Shown: positions 50,365 through 59,918 of the stretch, piece after piece
How positions within the stretch are numbered: the first letter of the stretch is position 1
How the letters are laid out: every line of letters begins with the position of its first letter
Assembly: GCA_044226015.1 (NCBI GenBank)
Contig: JBGAHS010000002.1
Span: 320,001 to 384,000, forward strand
Source of the DNA: Candidatus Obscuribacteraceae bacterium
GTDB lineage: Bacteria > Cyanobacteriota > Vampirovibrionia > Obscuribacterales > Obscuribacteraceae
DNA length: 64,000 nucleotides
Direction: 5' to 3'
Position numbers and translations under genes: made by a program
The notes under the pieces: generated by a model
What the model saw: only the letters and a program-made list of their open reading frames with translations
Databases searched by the model: none
Told to the model about the DNA's origin: nothing

Positions 50365-52101
50365 TTAGTGGCGCATACTCAGCGCTTTCACAAGACTATC
50401 AACGCGGCTAATTGCAGCGTAAGCCCCAACAGCAGCAAGTTTTGCCGGAATAGGAATTGGGGCTTGTAAGAGTAGTGGGGCGACAACTGTGTCACCGAGA
50501 GCATGGAATTCGTTTGGCTCTTCGCTGAGTCCCAAAGATTTGCTGATTGAATTATCGAGGCATTGCCCCGCCAAGCCAGCACCAAGTCCAATTGCCATTG
50601 TTTTGCCCGCACTGCGCAAAGAACTGAGGCAAAGCGCACGGGAATCAACACTATGAGACAGAAGTTCAGGATTTATCTTAGAGAATCCAGCAGTTGATTC
50701 AGCTGATGCCAGAGCTGGAAGCGGATGCGAACTCACTCCTACACTAAACTCCGGAGCCAAACTAACTGGAGGCTTTGCAGGTGTGATAGCAGCCTCTAGA
50801 TTCGAAGCAGACTTCGCTAGATTTTTCGTCAGTGATTCCAGCTCCATTGAAATCATATTTCGTTTCTGAACTTCAGCTTCAGCTTTGATTAGCTCAGCAT
50901 GCGAGTCGGCAAATTTCGCGAGCGTCTTTGCCTCTGCTGATTCAGCATGAAAGAAATCGCCTGTATTTAGCTGGTGCTGAGCTGACGAAGGATCATGCAA
51001 GATTTTCTCGAGAAGATCTATGCGACCTCTATTGTGTGCCAGGTCAGCAGTGGTCATTTCGGGCAATCCATTCAACGCTTTTACTTTGCCTTTAATTTCA
51101 TTTTTCAAAGCAGTTTTACTTACGCTTCTTTCCACCAGATTATCGATGTTATTTTCCAACCTTCCGGTTCTCACATTTTGTTCCCATGTATGCTGTGAGA
51201 GGCGGTAATCATGCGCAAGCTTTGCCTCCTGAGAGCCAGCCAGAAAAATCTTCGAATTCTTTACTGAATGGTCTGTGTTAAGAATCTCTTCCATGGTGCC
51301 AGTTCTAGCTCTGATATCAGCTGAGCGCAGCTTATCATTGAGACCCGTACTTACAAACTTCTTCTGTGCCTCCAGCACCTGCCTTGTTTCTGGTCCGTAC
51401 AGGTAGGCTTCGTCAATCGCCTTGTATTGTTTCAGCATCGATTCGACACTGCCTCTGGCGTCACCAAGCCTGACATGGCTTTGTTCCAAGGCTCGACTTG
51501 CTTCGCTTTGAATTGCTCTGGCTTCTGAATGCAATTTTTCGAAAGCAGCATGATCGGCATTAGTAGCGACAGATGCCTCCGGTCCAGCCAGCGCCGATTC
51601 AGGGTTTGTTTTATCTTTGTTATGAATAAACGAAAGCACGCGATCCATTGTTTCTTTTGGATTTGAACTCAATGTAGAACGCACACTGGCATCAAGAGCA
51701 GACGCTGCAGCTCCCTGGGGAACACCTGCTCGTACTTCCGCTTTAGCGAGCTTCACAGGAGCAATCGATTCATCAGAAATGGCTGATTTTAAAGCATCAA
51801 ACTTGGAGCTATATTGTGAATTCAGTTCCCGCTGATATCCAAGTAATCCGCCCGTTATGAAAGAATAGACAAGCGGGGTTGCTAGAGGCGTGATGTTACC
51901 GTCAACCTTCTCACCACCAGCACGAAGCTTGGACCCTGGCACGCCTCCGCAATCTGATTGCGATCCACCACCTGCAGTGGCATCATTGTAGAGAGTAGTT
52001 GCCGTCGTCACATCATGACCGGAGAGAAAAGGCGACTCACGAAAATGACCATCCGCTGAGTTGTTTGTACAACCTGAATTGTTTTCATAGCCACTGAACA
52101 T
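50365..52101 (-). CDS. Hypothetical helical protein with hydrophobic Gly/Ala-rich C-terminus
   Basis: 578-aa ORF with GAGGGG RBS; no recognised domain. Confidence 0.7.
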   Translation of the reverse strand: MFSGYENNSGCTNNSADGHFRESPFLSGHDVTTATTLYNDATAGGGSQSDCGGVPGSKLRAGGEKVDGNITPLATPLVYSFITGGLLGYQRELNSQYSSKFDALKSAISDESIAPVKLAKAEVRAGVPQGAAASALDASVRSTLSSNPKETMDRVLSFIHNKDKTNPESALAGPEASVATNADHAAFEKLHSEARAIQSEASRALEQSHVRLGDARGSVESMLKQYKAIDEAYLYGPETRQVLEAQKKFVSTGLNDKLRSADIRARTGTMEEILNTDHSVKNSKIFLAGSQEAKLAHDYRLSQHTWEQNVRTGRLENNIDNLVERSVSKTALKNEIKGKVKALNGLPEMTTADLAHNRGRIDLLEKILHDPSSAQHQLNTGDFFHAESAEAKTLAKFADSHAELIKAEAEVQKRNMISMELESLTKNLAKSASNLEAAITPAKPPVSLAPEFSVGVSSHPLPALASAESTAGFSKINPELLSHSVDSRALCLSSLRSAGKTMAIGLGAGLAGQCLDNSISKSLGLSEEPNEFHALGDTVVAPLLLQAPIPIPAKLAAVGAYAAISRVDSLVKALSMRH

Positions 52102-52628
52102 AATGAACCCCCCTCGATATTGGCTTCAAGCGCCCTAGCAAGAAACCAACGTTATTTAACAAGAGATAATCTAGAGATTAAACACGACGATCAAAATGCG
52201 TGCAGTTCACAACACACAGGTAAAAACACGAAGAAAGATTTAGCTGCCGAATGCCCAAAACGATTGGGAGACAATCACATTAAATGAGAAAGAGAAAAAA
52301 GTCCCCCAAACCAAATTTCCATAAAAAACCTGATTGAAATTTGAATTACGCCTGAAATGCCCAAGCTAAAGTTGTTTGGTTCGCTTCGAGCTGTCTAGCA
52401 GTCCCCAGAATCAATATCTAAATCGCTAAGCATCAGGAGTCCTTGTTCAACCTGCTGCGGAAGTCAAAAGTATCGTCCGGGCAGGAACGAAGATAACTGT
52501 GTAGAGAACAGATTCGCAAATTTACATGGTGTTTCGGATACATTTTTACTGGAGTTCAACAACTTTCGAGGGCAAAAGTTTTGAGCTAATATCAGTGTGG
52601 AACATTAATGGCCTGATGGAGGTCCCGA

Positions 52629-53891
52629 ATGCGTTTTCCTGAGAGAGTCCTTGTTCTTTCGTTTGCTTTGAGTGTTCTCGCCGGCGTCACTTCCGTAGAA
52701 TCTGCCAAGGCGCAGATGACAGCATTGCCGGGAGTTCTCGAGGGCGACCAACTAAGGAAAGTGAACGAGATATACGGTGAGGTCAACAGTTCGGCGCCTG
52801 GGCAGGGTGGCAAACTCGTTCCTGCATTGCTTGAATCTCTCAGCTCAATTGACCAGCGAGGTCTATACCAGGCTTACACCCAACTACACGATTTGTTAAA
52901 AGATCCATCTGTAATCGAAGCACTAGTGCAAGAGCTAAAAACCAACAAGGCTGAGCTAGCTTCCAATCTTCTGGCACACAACCGCATGTACGGCGGGAAT
53001 CAAATTGAGTTCAATAATGCAGAAACGACCGAACTGATTTTGGCTCTCAAGTCAGCCAACGCTGTTGTCCGAAAAAATGTTGTGCAGATGCTGGCTGGCA
53101 TTCAGCCTCCAAACAACGACACTTCTGTGCAGACCGCTCTCATAGACGTGTTACTCAAAGACCCCGTGCCCAGCGTCAGGACAGCCGCGGCAAGTTCGCT
53201 TTCAACAATTGCTAGAGAAGTTTATTTCAAGAACGCACAACCTATTGCCGCGGCGTATTCAAAAGCAATTCAGGAAGACCAATCAGTGCAAGTGCGGGTT
53301 TCAGCCGCAGCGGCCCTTTCGCAGATGGGAGGCAAAGCGGCATCAGAGTCTACAGTAATTTGTAGATGCCTGACCGACAATTCATCACAGGTACGAAACT
53401 CAGCATTGCAAGCGATCACAAATATCGGCGCCGCATGCAAAGCTGCAGAGCCAGAACTTTTGGACATGTGGAACGCGCCTGCTGACCAGAACGGATATTA
53501 TTCACAATCAAAAGATCGCATTTTGATGGCTTTAGTTGCAATTGGCACCACACCTGAAAAGATTGCGCCACTCATCGCTTCCCAACTCAAAGAACACAAT
53601 ACAGTAAATGGAACGATCCACGTTTTGCAGAAGATGGGAAATGATGCCATCCTCGTACTACCCGATTTGATGAAGGTACTAGATTCACCTTACGCATATG
53701 ATAGAGAAGAAGCAGCACGACTTATTGGTCAATTAGGTCCATTAGCAAAAGCAGCAATTCCTGCTCTCAAGAAGTGCTCTTCCGACTCCCGCAGTATAAG
53801 AGGATATGGCTCCGCTGAAAGAGCACAGGCAGCAGCAAAGGAAGCGATTCAAAGCATCGAAATGCATCCAACCGCTGACTCCGAAGGATGA
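52629..53891 (+). CDS. Secreted HEAT-repeat protein
   Basis: GGAGG RBS, signal peptide ending AKA-Q, repeats DPVPSVRTAAASSL / DQSVQVRVSAAAAL / DNSSQVRNSALQAI. Confidence 0.85.
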   Translation: MRFPERVLVLSFALSVLAGVTSVESAKAQMTALPGVLEGDQLRKVNEIYGEVNSSAPGQGGKLVPALLESLSSIDQRGLYQAYTQLHDLLKDPSVIEALVQELKTNKAELASNLLAHNRMYGGNQIEFNNAETTELILALKSANAVVRKNVVQMLAGIQPPNNDTSVQTALIDVLLKDPVPSVRTAAASSLSTIAREVYFKNAQPIAAAYSKAIQEDQSVQVRVSAAAALSQMGGKAASESTVICRCLTDNSSQVRNSALQAITNIGAACKAAEPELLDMWNAPADQNGYYSQSKDRILMALVAIGTTPEKIAPLIASQLKEHNTVNGTIHVLQKMGNDAILVLPDLMKVLDSPYAYDREEAARLIGQLGPLAKAAIPALKKCSSDSRSIRGYGSAERAQAAAKEAIQSIEMHPTADSEG

Positions 53892-53949
53892 ACGCGAAGA
53901 TACATGTAAGCGAACGAAACGGATCTGAAAAGAAAACAAAAAGTCAAAC

Positions 53950-54135
53950 CAATCCGATTCATCAGCGCCGATCCGCTCCGTTCCGTTCAACTCCAATCCG
54001 CTCCAATCCGCTCCGATTCATCAGCGCCGATCTGCTCAACACCAATCAGCTCCGATTCATCAACTCCGATTCATCAACTCCCCTCCGCTCAACTCCAATC
54101 AGCTCCAATCTGGTCAGCTCCGCTCCAATCCGACC
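53950..54135. repeat. Intergenic low-complexity repeat tract (CTCCAATC / CCGATTCATCA / CCGCT units)
   Basis: Many short imperfect repeats with strong C-over-G skew. Confidence 0.7.
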
Positions 54136-54195
54136 AAAACAAATCAAATCAACCAATCAAATAAAGGAACACAATTAGCACTCATCGGTGACATC

Positions 54196-55860
54196 ATGCC
54201 CTGGCCAACACCTCAAGATTATAATGAAGCACTGCAAGACCCCACGTCTTGTTTCTTTGATGAGGAACTCATGAACGCCGAGGTACGTTGTGATCGGTTT
54301 GGCATGCCGCGCCCGGAGTCAGGAAATTTCGCATCTGTATATAAACTGCAAAATGGGAATGAGTCCTGGGCCATTCGCTGCTTCCTTTATCAAATTGCGA
54401 ATCGTGAGTTTCGCTATCAAGCTATTTCAGATTACCTGAATGAAAACAAAATGCCGTTTTTTCTGCCTTTTGTTTATGTTCCTGATGGTATCAAATGCGG
54501 CACCAGCACTTTCCCCATAATCAAGATGAAATATCTTGATGCACATACGTTCAGCCATTATGTATCGCTCGTTGCAATGCGAAGAGACCAGATGGATTCC
54601 CTGCTCTCACAGATCGAACAAATCTCCCAGCAACTTCAGGAGTTAAAAATAGCGCACGGTGATTTGCAGCATGACAATATACTCGTCGCGGACGGAAGAA
54701 TATACCTGGTAGATTATGATGCAATGTTCGTGCCAACCCTGACGGGTTCTACCGCAAATGAACTCGGTCATCAGAGTTATCAACACCCCTCAAAATCCCC
54801 CAGACATTTCAATGAAAACACAGACAATTTTTCTTTCTGGGTGATCAAAAACAGTCTAGAGATAATAAAGGAAATACCCGACATTTTAGAATGGCCGCAC
54901 AAAGTATCTGATGGACTTTTATTCTCTTCGGAAGACTTAAAGGCTCCCCAGAAATCTCGGCTCTTTCACTTTCTGGAGAAGCACGATAATAACACTGTCC
55001 GCAAATGCGCACGCCAGATCCGTTCAGCATTGAATGCTTCACCTCAAGAAACACCCGCCCTCTCCGATACTCTATCTATGGAAGCTTTGCTAGAACTTTG
55101 CCCTGACCTTCCCGAACTTAGTTTCATAGACGAGAACAAGCTCAAGCACGAAACGCCTGATGCTTTGCGTGCTCTTGCTACTCAACCCAGGAATTTCTTT
55201 GTGGCACCACTTGCGTCAAGCTCTAGCACACAACTCTCATTTGGGCTCAGAACCAAACACAAATGGCCTGAAATTTTCAATCACGAAACCGATTTTGGCT
55301 ATGAGCGGCTACACCAACTCATTGAAAAGAAAACGCCGATTGATGGCGAGATTCCATTCTTACCACCACTACTACACGCCTTGCTGGAAGAACACGGCAT
55401 AGTCTTGATTGTATTTCTAATCACGACTTATGTAGCCTGCTTCTTGGTTCAGGGATTAGCTACAGTAGTGCTCATGCTGACACTGCTTGCAATATCAATG
55501 ATATTCGCACCAAAGGTGGTGAACAAGTACTTAAAGGACAAAGACACTGTCAAACGAAGTCCCCGAGGAAGGTTTCTCACCCGAGTTTCAAATATTCTTC
55601 TGGATGGGCGCTGCACAATCGTAGAGTTCGAGCTTGAGGGTCCAGCATATGCCCGAAGAATAATTTTCAAGGCAGGCGTACCTTCGCATCTGCACGAGCG
55701 TGTTCACACCATAAAGCACTCAAATTACGATGTGTCAGAACAACAGAGCAAGATTGAATCCAAAAAGACAAAAATCGGAATGCTCTATTTCGACCAGGGA
55801 CACACTGATTTGCCAATCGCATTGTGTGCGGAAGGGAATGTTCTTTTCTGGTTCATTTGA
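54196..55860 (+). CDS. TerY-P-type protein kinase with C-terminal TM hairpin, paralog 1
   Basis: WPTPQDYNEALQ, GNFASVY, WAIRCF, HGDLQHDNILV, VDYDAMFVP, ELGHQSYQHP. Confidence 0.82.
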   Translation: MPWPTPQDYNEALQDPTSCFFDEELMNAEVRCDRFGMPRPESGNFASVYKLQNGNESWAIRCFLYQIANREFRYQAISDYLNENKMPFFLPFVYVPDGIKCGTSTFPIIKMKYLDAHTFSHYVSLVAMRRDQMDSLLSQIEQISQQLQELKIAHGDLQHDNILVADGRIYLVDYDAMFVPTLTGSTANELGHQSYQHPSKSPRHFNENTDNFSFWVIKNSLEIIKEIPDILEWPHKVSDGLLFSSEDLKAPQKSRLFHFLEKHDNNTVRKCARQIRSALNASPQETPALSDTLSMEALLELCPDLPELSFIDENKLKHETPDALRALATQPRNFFVAPLASSSSTQLSFGLRTKHKWPEIFNHETDFGYERLHQLIEKKTPIDGEIPFLPPLLHALLEEHGIVLIVFLITTYVACFLVQGLATVVLMLTLLAISMIFAPKVVNKYLKDKDTVKRSPRGRFLTRVSNILLDGRCTIVEFELEGPAYARRIIFKAGVPSHLHERVHTIKHSNYDVSEQQSKIESKKTKIGMLYFDQGHTDLPIALCAEGNVLFWFI

Positions 55861-55877
55861 GCAGTTACTTTGAATGC

Positions 55878-56732
55878 TCAAATTCCCTGGATTCGTTTTT
55901 CAGGATTCAATTTGCTCCAGCGATCATCCACCTTTTCAAATTTATTGAACAACAAGGTACTGGAAATCGAATTTACACCGGTGCCTCGAAAGTTGCTTTC
56001 ACCAAGCGGGTCGAGATAGCCACCGAAGGTACTGGAAACAACAGTAATCGAAACCTTTCGCGCCAATCTCGAAACTGTATCTTCGCCAAAATCAGGAATA
56101 CTATTTTCAAGCGACGCGGATGTACCAGTCATAGTGGCATAGGTTGCAGCCGCCTTGCTTCCCTGCTCAAGCCGTTTTGACCAGAGCGACTCGCCTGGCT
56201 TGAGTTCGGTGGGAGTCAAGAATGAACCAACTATAAAACCGGCACTTGCTTGCTCATAAATAACGCGATGAAGCGGCGATAACCCTTCGCTCAAAACTAG
56301 ATTTCCAACTCCACGCGTGAGTACCACAGCTCCAACCAGAGGAACTAAGGCGCCGACAACCTGAGCAGTTTTTTGCCCTTTATCATTTACTTGTTGAGCT
56401 TTGTAGGATACATCCAAACCAAGGGCTTGTTGCACTGCAGCACACGGAGCAGTGAGAATGCTCTCTTTCAGCCCCGCAAGAATAGCTTCTGAACTTGTAG
56501 AAGAATTGTCCTTCAACAAAAGATGTGAAATTTGCAGTGGAGGCAAATGACAAGCCTGCTTAGACTTCTCAGCAGATACACATTCGACGTCAACTTTTAG
56601 AGCGCCTGCAACTTGCATGCAGTCATTGCTCAAGAGTGCGTTAGCTTCTTCGACAAATTTATTGCTCACAGAGCTTTCGGCAGACAAAACTGTCCGCTCA
56701 TTTGCCTTGAAAATTGAGGAATTTTCTCCCAC
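55878..56732 (-). CDS. Hypothetical protein with Gly/Ala-rich hydrophobic helices
   Basis: 284-aa GTG-start ORF; no recognised domain. Confidence 0.65.
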   Translation of the reverse strand: MGENSSIFKANERTVLSAESSVSNKFVEEANALLSNDCMQVAGALKVDVECVSAEKSKQACHLPPLQISHLLLKDNSSTSSEAILAGLKESILTAPCAAVQQALGLDVSYKAQQVNDKGQKTAQVVGALVPLVGAVVLTRGVGNLVLSEGLSPLHRVIYEQASAGFIVGSFLTPTELKPGESLWSKRLEQGSKAAATYATMTGTSASLENSIPDFGEDTVSRLARKVSITVVSSTFGGYLDPLGESNFRGTGVNSISSTLLFNKFEKVDDRWSKLNPEKRIQGI

Positions 56733-56806
56733 GCCTAGTAACCCAAACTCTACCCTTGCTTAGATCTTAGGCTTTATGTGCGTTCTCTCATATGGGAGAA
56801 ACGCGT

Positions 56807-56828
56807 ACTGGACCGGTACCGGTCCAGT
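56807..56828. repeat. Solo perfect 22-bp palindrome ACTGGACCGGTACCGGTCCAGT (variant of the repeat-family core)
   Basis: Same ACCGGTACCGGT centre and ACT/AGT ends, with a CC/GG to GG/CC compensatory swap. Confidence 0.8.
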
Positions 56829-56862
56829 TCTCATTTTCAGCACAGATTTTCCTGCAAGCAAA

Positions 56863-56887
56863 GAAAAGGCATCTCCGAAGAGATGCC
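56863..56887 (-). terminator. Rho-independent terminator for the sigma operon
   Basis: GGCATCTC-CGAA-GAGATGCC stem (TTCG loop on the minus strand) followed by TTTTCTT on the minus strand. Confidence 0.7.
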
Positions 56888-56974
56888 CCTCAAGCAACAT
56901 AACATTTGTGGAACGAGCGAATCGTAATGTATGGCGCGCCTTCCTCCTACAGAAAGCTGCGGGTTCGCTAGTTT

Positions 56975-57652
56975 TTAGAGTACAAAGTAAGGAGTTTGAG
57001 CTACTTTGTCTCCGACGAGTATCTCAATCTGATACTGTCCTGGACCGACTTTGATATTCGGTGCCACCACAGAACCATCCTGGTTTGTTTTCTTCGAGAA
57101 GATAACACCACGATCTTGTTCTTTTACACGGAGTTCAACGTCAGAAAGCGCTTCGCCTTTAACGTCTTTTGCGTTCAAGAGAATTCTGAACTGGTCCTGG
57201 TCAACCATCCATCCAAGATTAACTTGAATGTTGGCACCAGACAAATCTTGCTGGAAAGTGCCGAGCGACACCAGACGCGAACCAACTCCGCGAAGAGCGC
57301 CAGCAGGAACCATTTGCTGCCATGCCATTGTAGCTAGCATATCTTGCCAGGTCTGAACAGCAGCATCGCGTCCAGCTCCAACAAAATCGCGCAACTTCAA
57401 GACAGCACTTGCGACAGGGTCTGCAACTTCGCCAAGCATCTTTAAAGTGATGCGACTAAGTATGCTCTCGTCCTTGTCAGAAAGCGTGATGTATTCGGAA
57501 GCCTTCCACATGGCGCGGTCAAATGCCGTGTCCTCGCCTGGTAGAGGCAAGCTATCTCCATGACGTTTGAAAAAATCTTGAACGTCATTAGCAATAGCCC
57601 CTTCGTCGTTGCCTTCGAGAATCTTTTTGAGTTCTTCAGTAGGGGTTTTCAT
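56975..57652 (-). CDS. Hypothetical sigma-factor partner with C-terminal beta-sandwich
   Basis: Starts 9 bp after the sigma stop with AGGAG RBS; C-terminus KKTNQDGSV..VGPGQYQIEI resembles a carboxypeptidase-regulatory/prealbumin-like fold. Confidence 0.65.
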   Translation of the reverse strand: MKTPTEELKKILEGNDEGAIANDVQDFFKRHGDSLPLPGEDTAFDRAMWKASEYITLSDKDESILSRITLKMLGEVADPVASAVLKLRDFVGAGRDAAVQTWQDMLATMAWQQMVPAGALRGVGSRLVSLGTFQQDLSGANIQVNLGWMVDQDQFRILLNAKDVKGEALSDVELRVKEQDRGVIFSKKTNQDGSVVAPNIKVGPGQYQIEILVGDKVAQTPYFVL

Positions 57653-57661
57653 GATCTGCTC

Positions 57662-58402
57662 CTAGATGCACGATTGATCTCGTTCCATTCGTTCTTTAAA
57701 TGCCCGCAGAGTTCGAACGATTTTCTTATCGACTGTATCTATACTCTTCGCGTCCATTTTTAGACACGAAATCAGATCTTCTCTTTTATATCCTTGCACA
57801 TACTTCAAAAGGAAGCAGGTGCGGTGGATTCCGGGCGGAAGTTCATTCAAAATCTGCTCAATCAGGTCGTTTAAAAGGGCCTTACTTGCCGGGTCGCCAT
57901 CTTCACGGCTGCCACCCATGCCATACTCCCAGCCAAAAACGTCTTCAGCACTGCGTCCGTCGTCTTCATCAAACAATGAATCAAGCGAAGTCGTGCGCCA
58001 CTGGCTGCTCGGAGACTCATCTTCTACAAAAGTCTTCCCTGGGGCAAGAGTATTAACCTTAACCGACTGCCCCTCAAAGCTAGCTTCCTGGCTGTGCAAG
58101 GTTTCCGACCGGCTTTTGCTCGCCTGAGGTGCGTCACTTCGTTTTCGAAGCACTACCTTATGATATCGCTCGAGGTTCTGCGCTATTGCTTTGTTGCACG
58201 CGCCGAGGCAGTACAGTGCCAGCTTCGCATCGGGATGGCTAGGGTCAAAGTGCTTAATCACAAGCACCATAGCGGTTTGCAAAATATCTTCAATGTCTTC
58301 ATCGGTGGCAAGCCGCGCCCGCGAACGAATATAACGCATCATGCGCTGAGGGGTGAAATCCATGTCCCCCTTCAGGAATTTGCGCGCTTCGCGATCATTC
58401 AT
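57662..58402 (-). CDS. Sigma-70 family (ECF-like) RNA polymerase sigma factor
   Basis: Region 2-like EDIEDILQTAMVLVIKHFDP; region 4-like LPPGIHRTCFLLKYVQGYKREDL. Confidence 0.72.
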   Translation of the reverse strand: MNDREARKFLKGDMDFTPQRMMRYIRSRARLATDEDIEDILQTAMVLVIKHFDPSHPDAKLALYCLGACNKAIAQNLERYHKVVLRKRSDAPQASKSRSETLHSQEASFEGQSVKVNTLAPGKTFVEDESPSSQWRTTSLDSLFDEDDGRSAEDVFGWEYGMGGSREDGDPASKALLNDLIEQILNELPPGIHRTCFLLKYVQGYKREDLISCLKMDAKSIDTVDKKIVRTLRAFKERMERDQSCI

Positions 58403-58591
58403 ACGTTAATTGGCTTCCCCGAACCGGACACACCGGCAATGCCTTTGAAAGTCTTCCCTGTTTGCCAGCAAGCCCTGCTGAATATACACAAGAATGGCTC
58501 TTTTTGGAATTTACCCGGCGACTCAGGCTTCCATACGCCTCAATCGCGTTCATATTAACAAATCAACAGGGTCGCTGTCGCGCAGATAGCC

Positions 58592-59521
58592 TTATTTGAA
58601 GTCATGAGAAAGGCGGAACTGACTTACCGTGCTGGGGCTAATCTTCAATTCGGCGCCTAAAGCCTTTTGAGCCGCCTCTTTCCGGATGCTCGCCAGCGCC
58701 ACCGCCGCCTGTAGATCATTTGTGTCAAAACGCAACCAGTTTCCACCATTTCCCAGATATTCGGACACGATGCCTATTTTCCTGGTTTCATCGTAAAGTC
58801 TGGGAGTGCCAATAAGCCTGCTTAGCGTATTCACAGCCCTTGCCGAGAAGGCATTAACGTTGCCATGTTCAATCAAAAGGTCAGCCAGATGCGGGTCTTG
58901 AAGTTGCTTCAAAGTGAAAGGACCACCCAGCCTGTCATAGCTGAGAATAGCTTCGCTCAAACGAGTCGGAGTAAGATTCTCGCCAGTGGTACGCTGCAGT
59001 TCCCGCAGAACCTCGACGGTATTTGCCTTTCGAACATCGACACCATGTAACTGAGCGTGGGCGCGACCGAAATTATCCAGAATGGCAGCCGCTTCATTGG
59101 CTTCACCACCTGTAAGGGTCTTCACAGACTGAATCGCTCGAAGATGCTCTTGTTCGAGCGGTCCCAGCTGCGACAATGATTTTGGTGCTAGTCCAAGCTC
59201 TTCAGCACTCAATTTTGGAAGCTCAGGCTTAAAGCGAAATGAACTTGCCGTCTGTGCTTCTGCCGAACCGGCAAGCGACTTTTCGCCAATTCCGGCAGTT
59301 ACAGCGCTTATCTCTCCAACTCGACCACGTCGCAAACCGAAAGCCACAGCAGCCGCAGTGCCAAGCGCGCCAACAACGGCAGTTGCTGCAAAAGCTTCGG
59401 AATGGTTAGACAGCATATTCCAAGCTTGCTCAGACAAACTGGGCGACGCCTTCTCACCCGGCGAGAGCTTATCGCTAAGCAAGCCAGGAGAGTCAGTCAA
59501 TTTGAGATTCATTCTGTCCAT
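58592..59521 (-). CDS. Hypothetical protein with an N-terminal hydrophobic Ala/Gly helix
   Basis: ORF open to 59701, but ATG at 59521 or 59512 is more plausible; AFAATAVVGALGTAAAVAFG segment. Confidence 0.62.
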   Translation of the reverse strand: MDRMNLKLTDSPGLLSDKLSPGEKASPSLSEQAWNMLSNHSEAFAATAVVGALGTAAAVAFGLRRGRVGEISAVTAGIGEKSLAGSAEAQTASSFRFKPELPKLSAEELGLAPKSLSQLGPLEQEHLRAIQSVKTLTGGEANEAAAILDNFGRAHAQLHGVDVRKANTVEVLRELQRTTGENLTPTRLSEAILSYDRLGGPFTLKQLQDPHLADLLIEHGNVNAFSARAVNTLSRLIGTPRLYDETRKIGIVSEYLGNGGNWLRFDTNDLQAAVALASIRKEAAQKALGAELKISPSTVSQFRLSHDFK

Positions 59522-59918
59522 TAGAAACCAGAAGCTGCCTGAGCAGATTATGCTTTCACTGGTCGACAAAGTAACTAGATAGACATACATATACAATGTA
59601 AAGAAGCTGCTTATGAATGCACCAAAATGTATGGGCCAAATTTCCTGGAAAACTGGTCTCAGCAAGGCTGTCAAGAACCGGGCGTGTTTGCGATAATCCA
59701 ACCTGAACGGCTATGAGCGGCTGCTGCAGAAGAGTCAAGGTTTTTGCTCCAATAATTCATCGAATTTGCCTGAACTTCTATAAAGCTTAAACCTCCGATG
59801 GAAAGCCGATCTAGCTCAGACATCTCGGTAGAATTGCATAGTTAAATTGACAGGACGGGTCGCTCGACACGTTCCTATTTGTCAACATAGGTATCACGGT
59901 GCAGGAGACTCCTCTCGA

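Noticed and set aside
53888..54178. 96-aa ORF overlapping the HEAT gene stop
   Set aside because: Consists largely of a low-complexity C-rich repeat tract lacking stops; no coding evidence, though not strictly excluded
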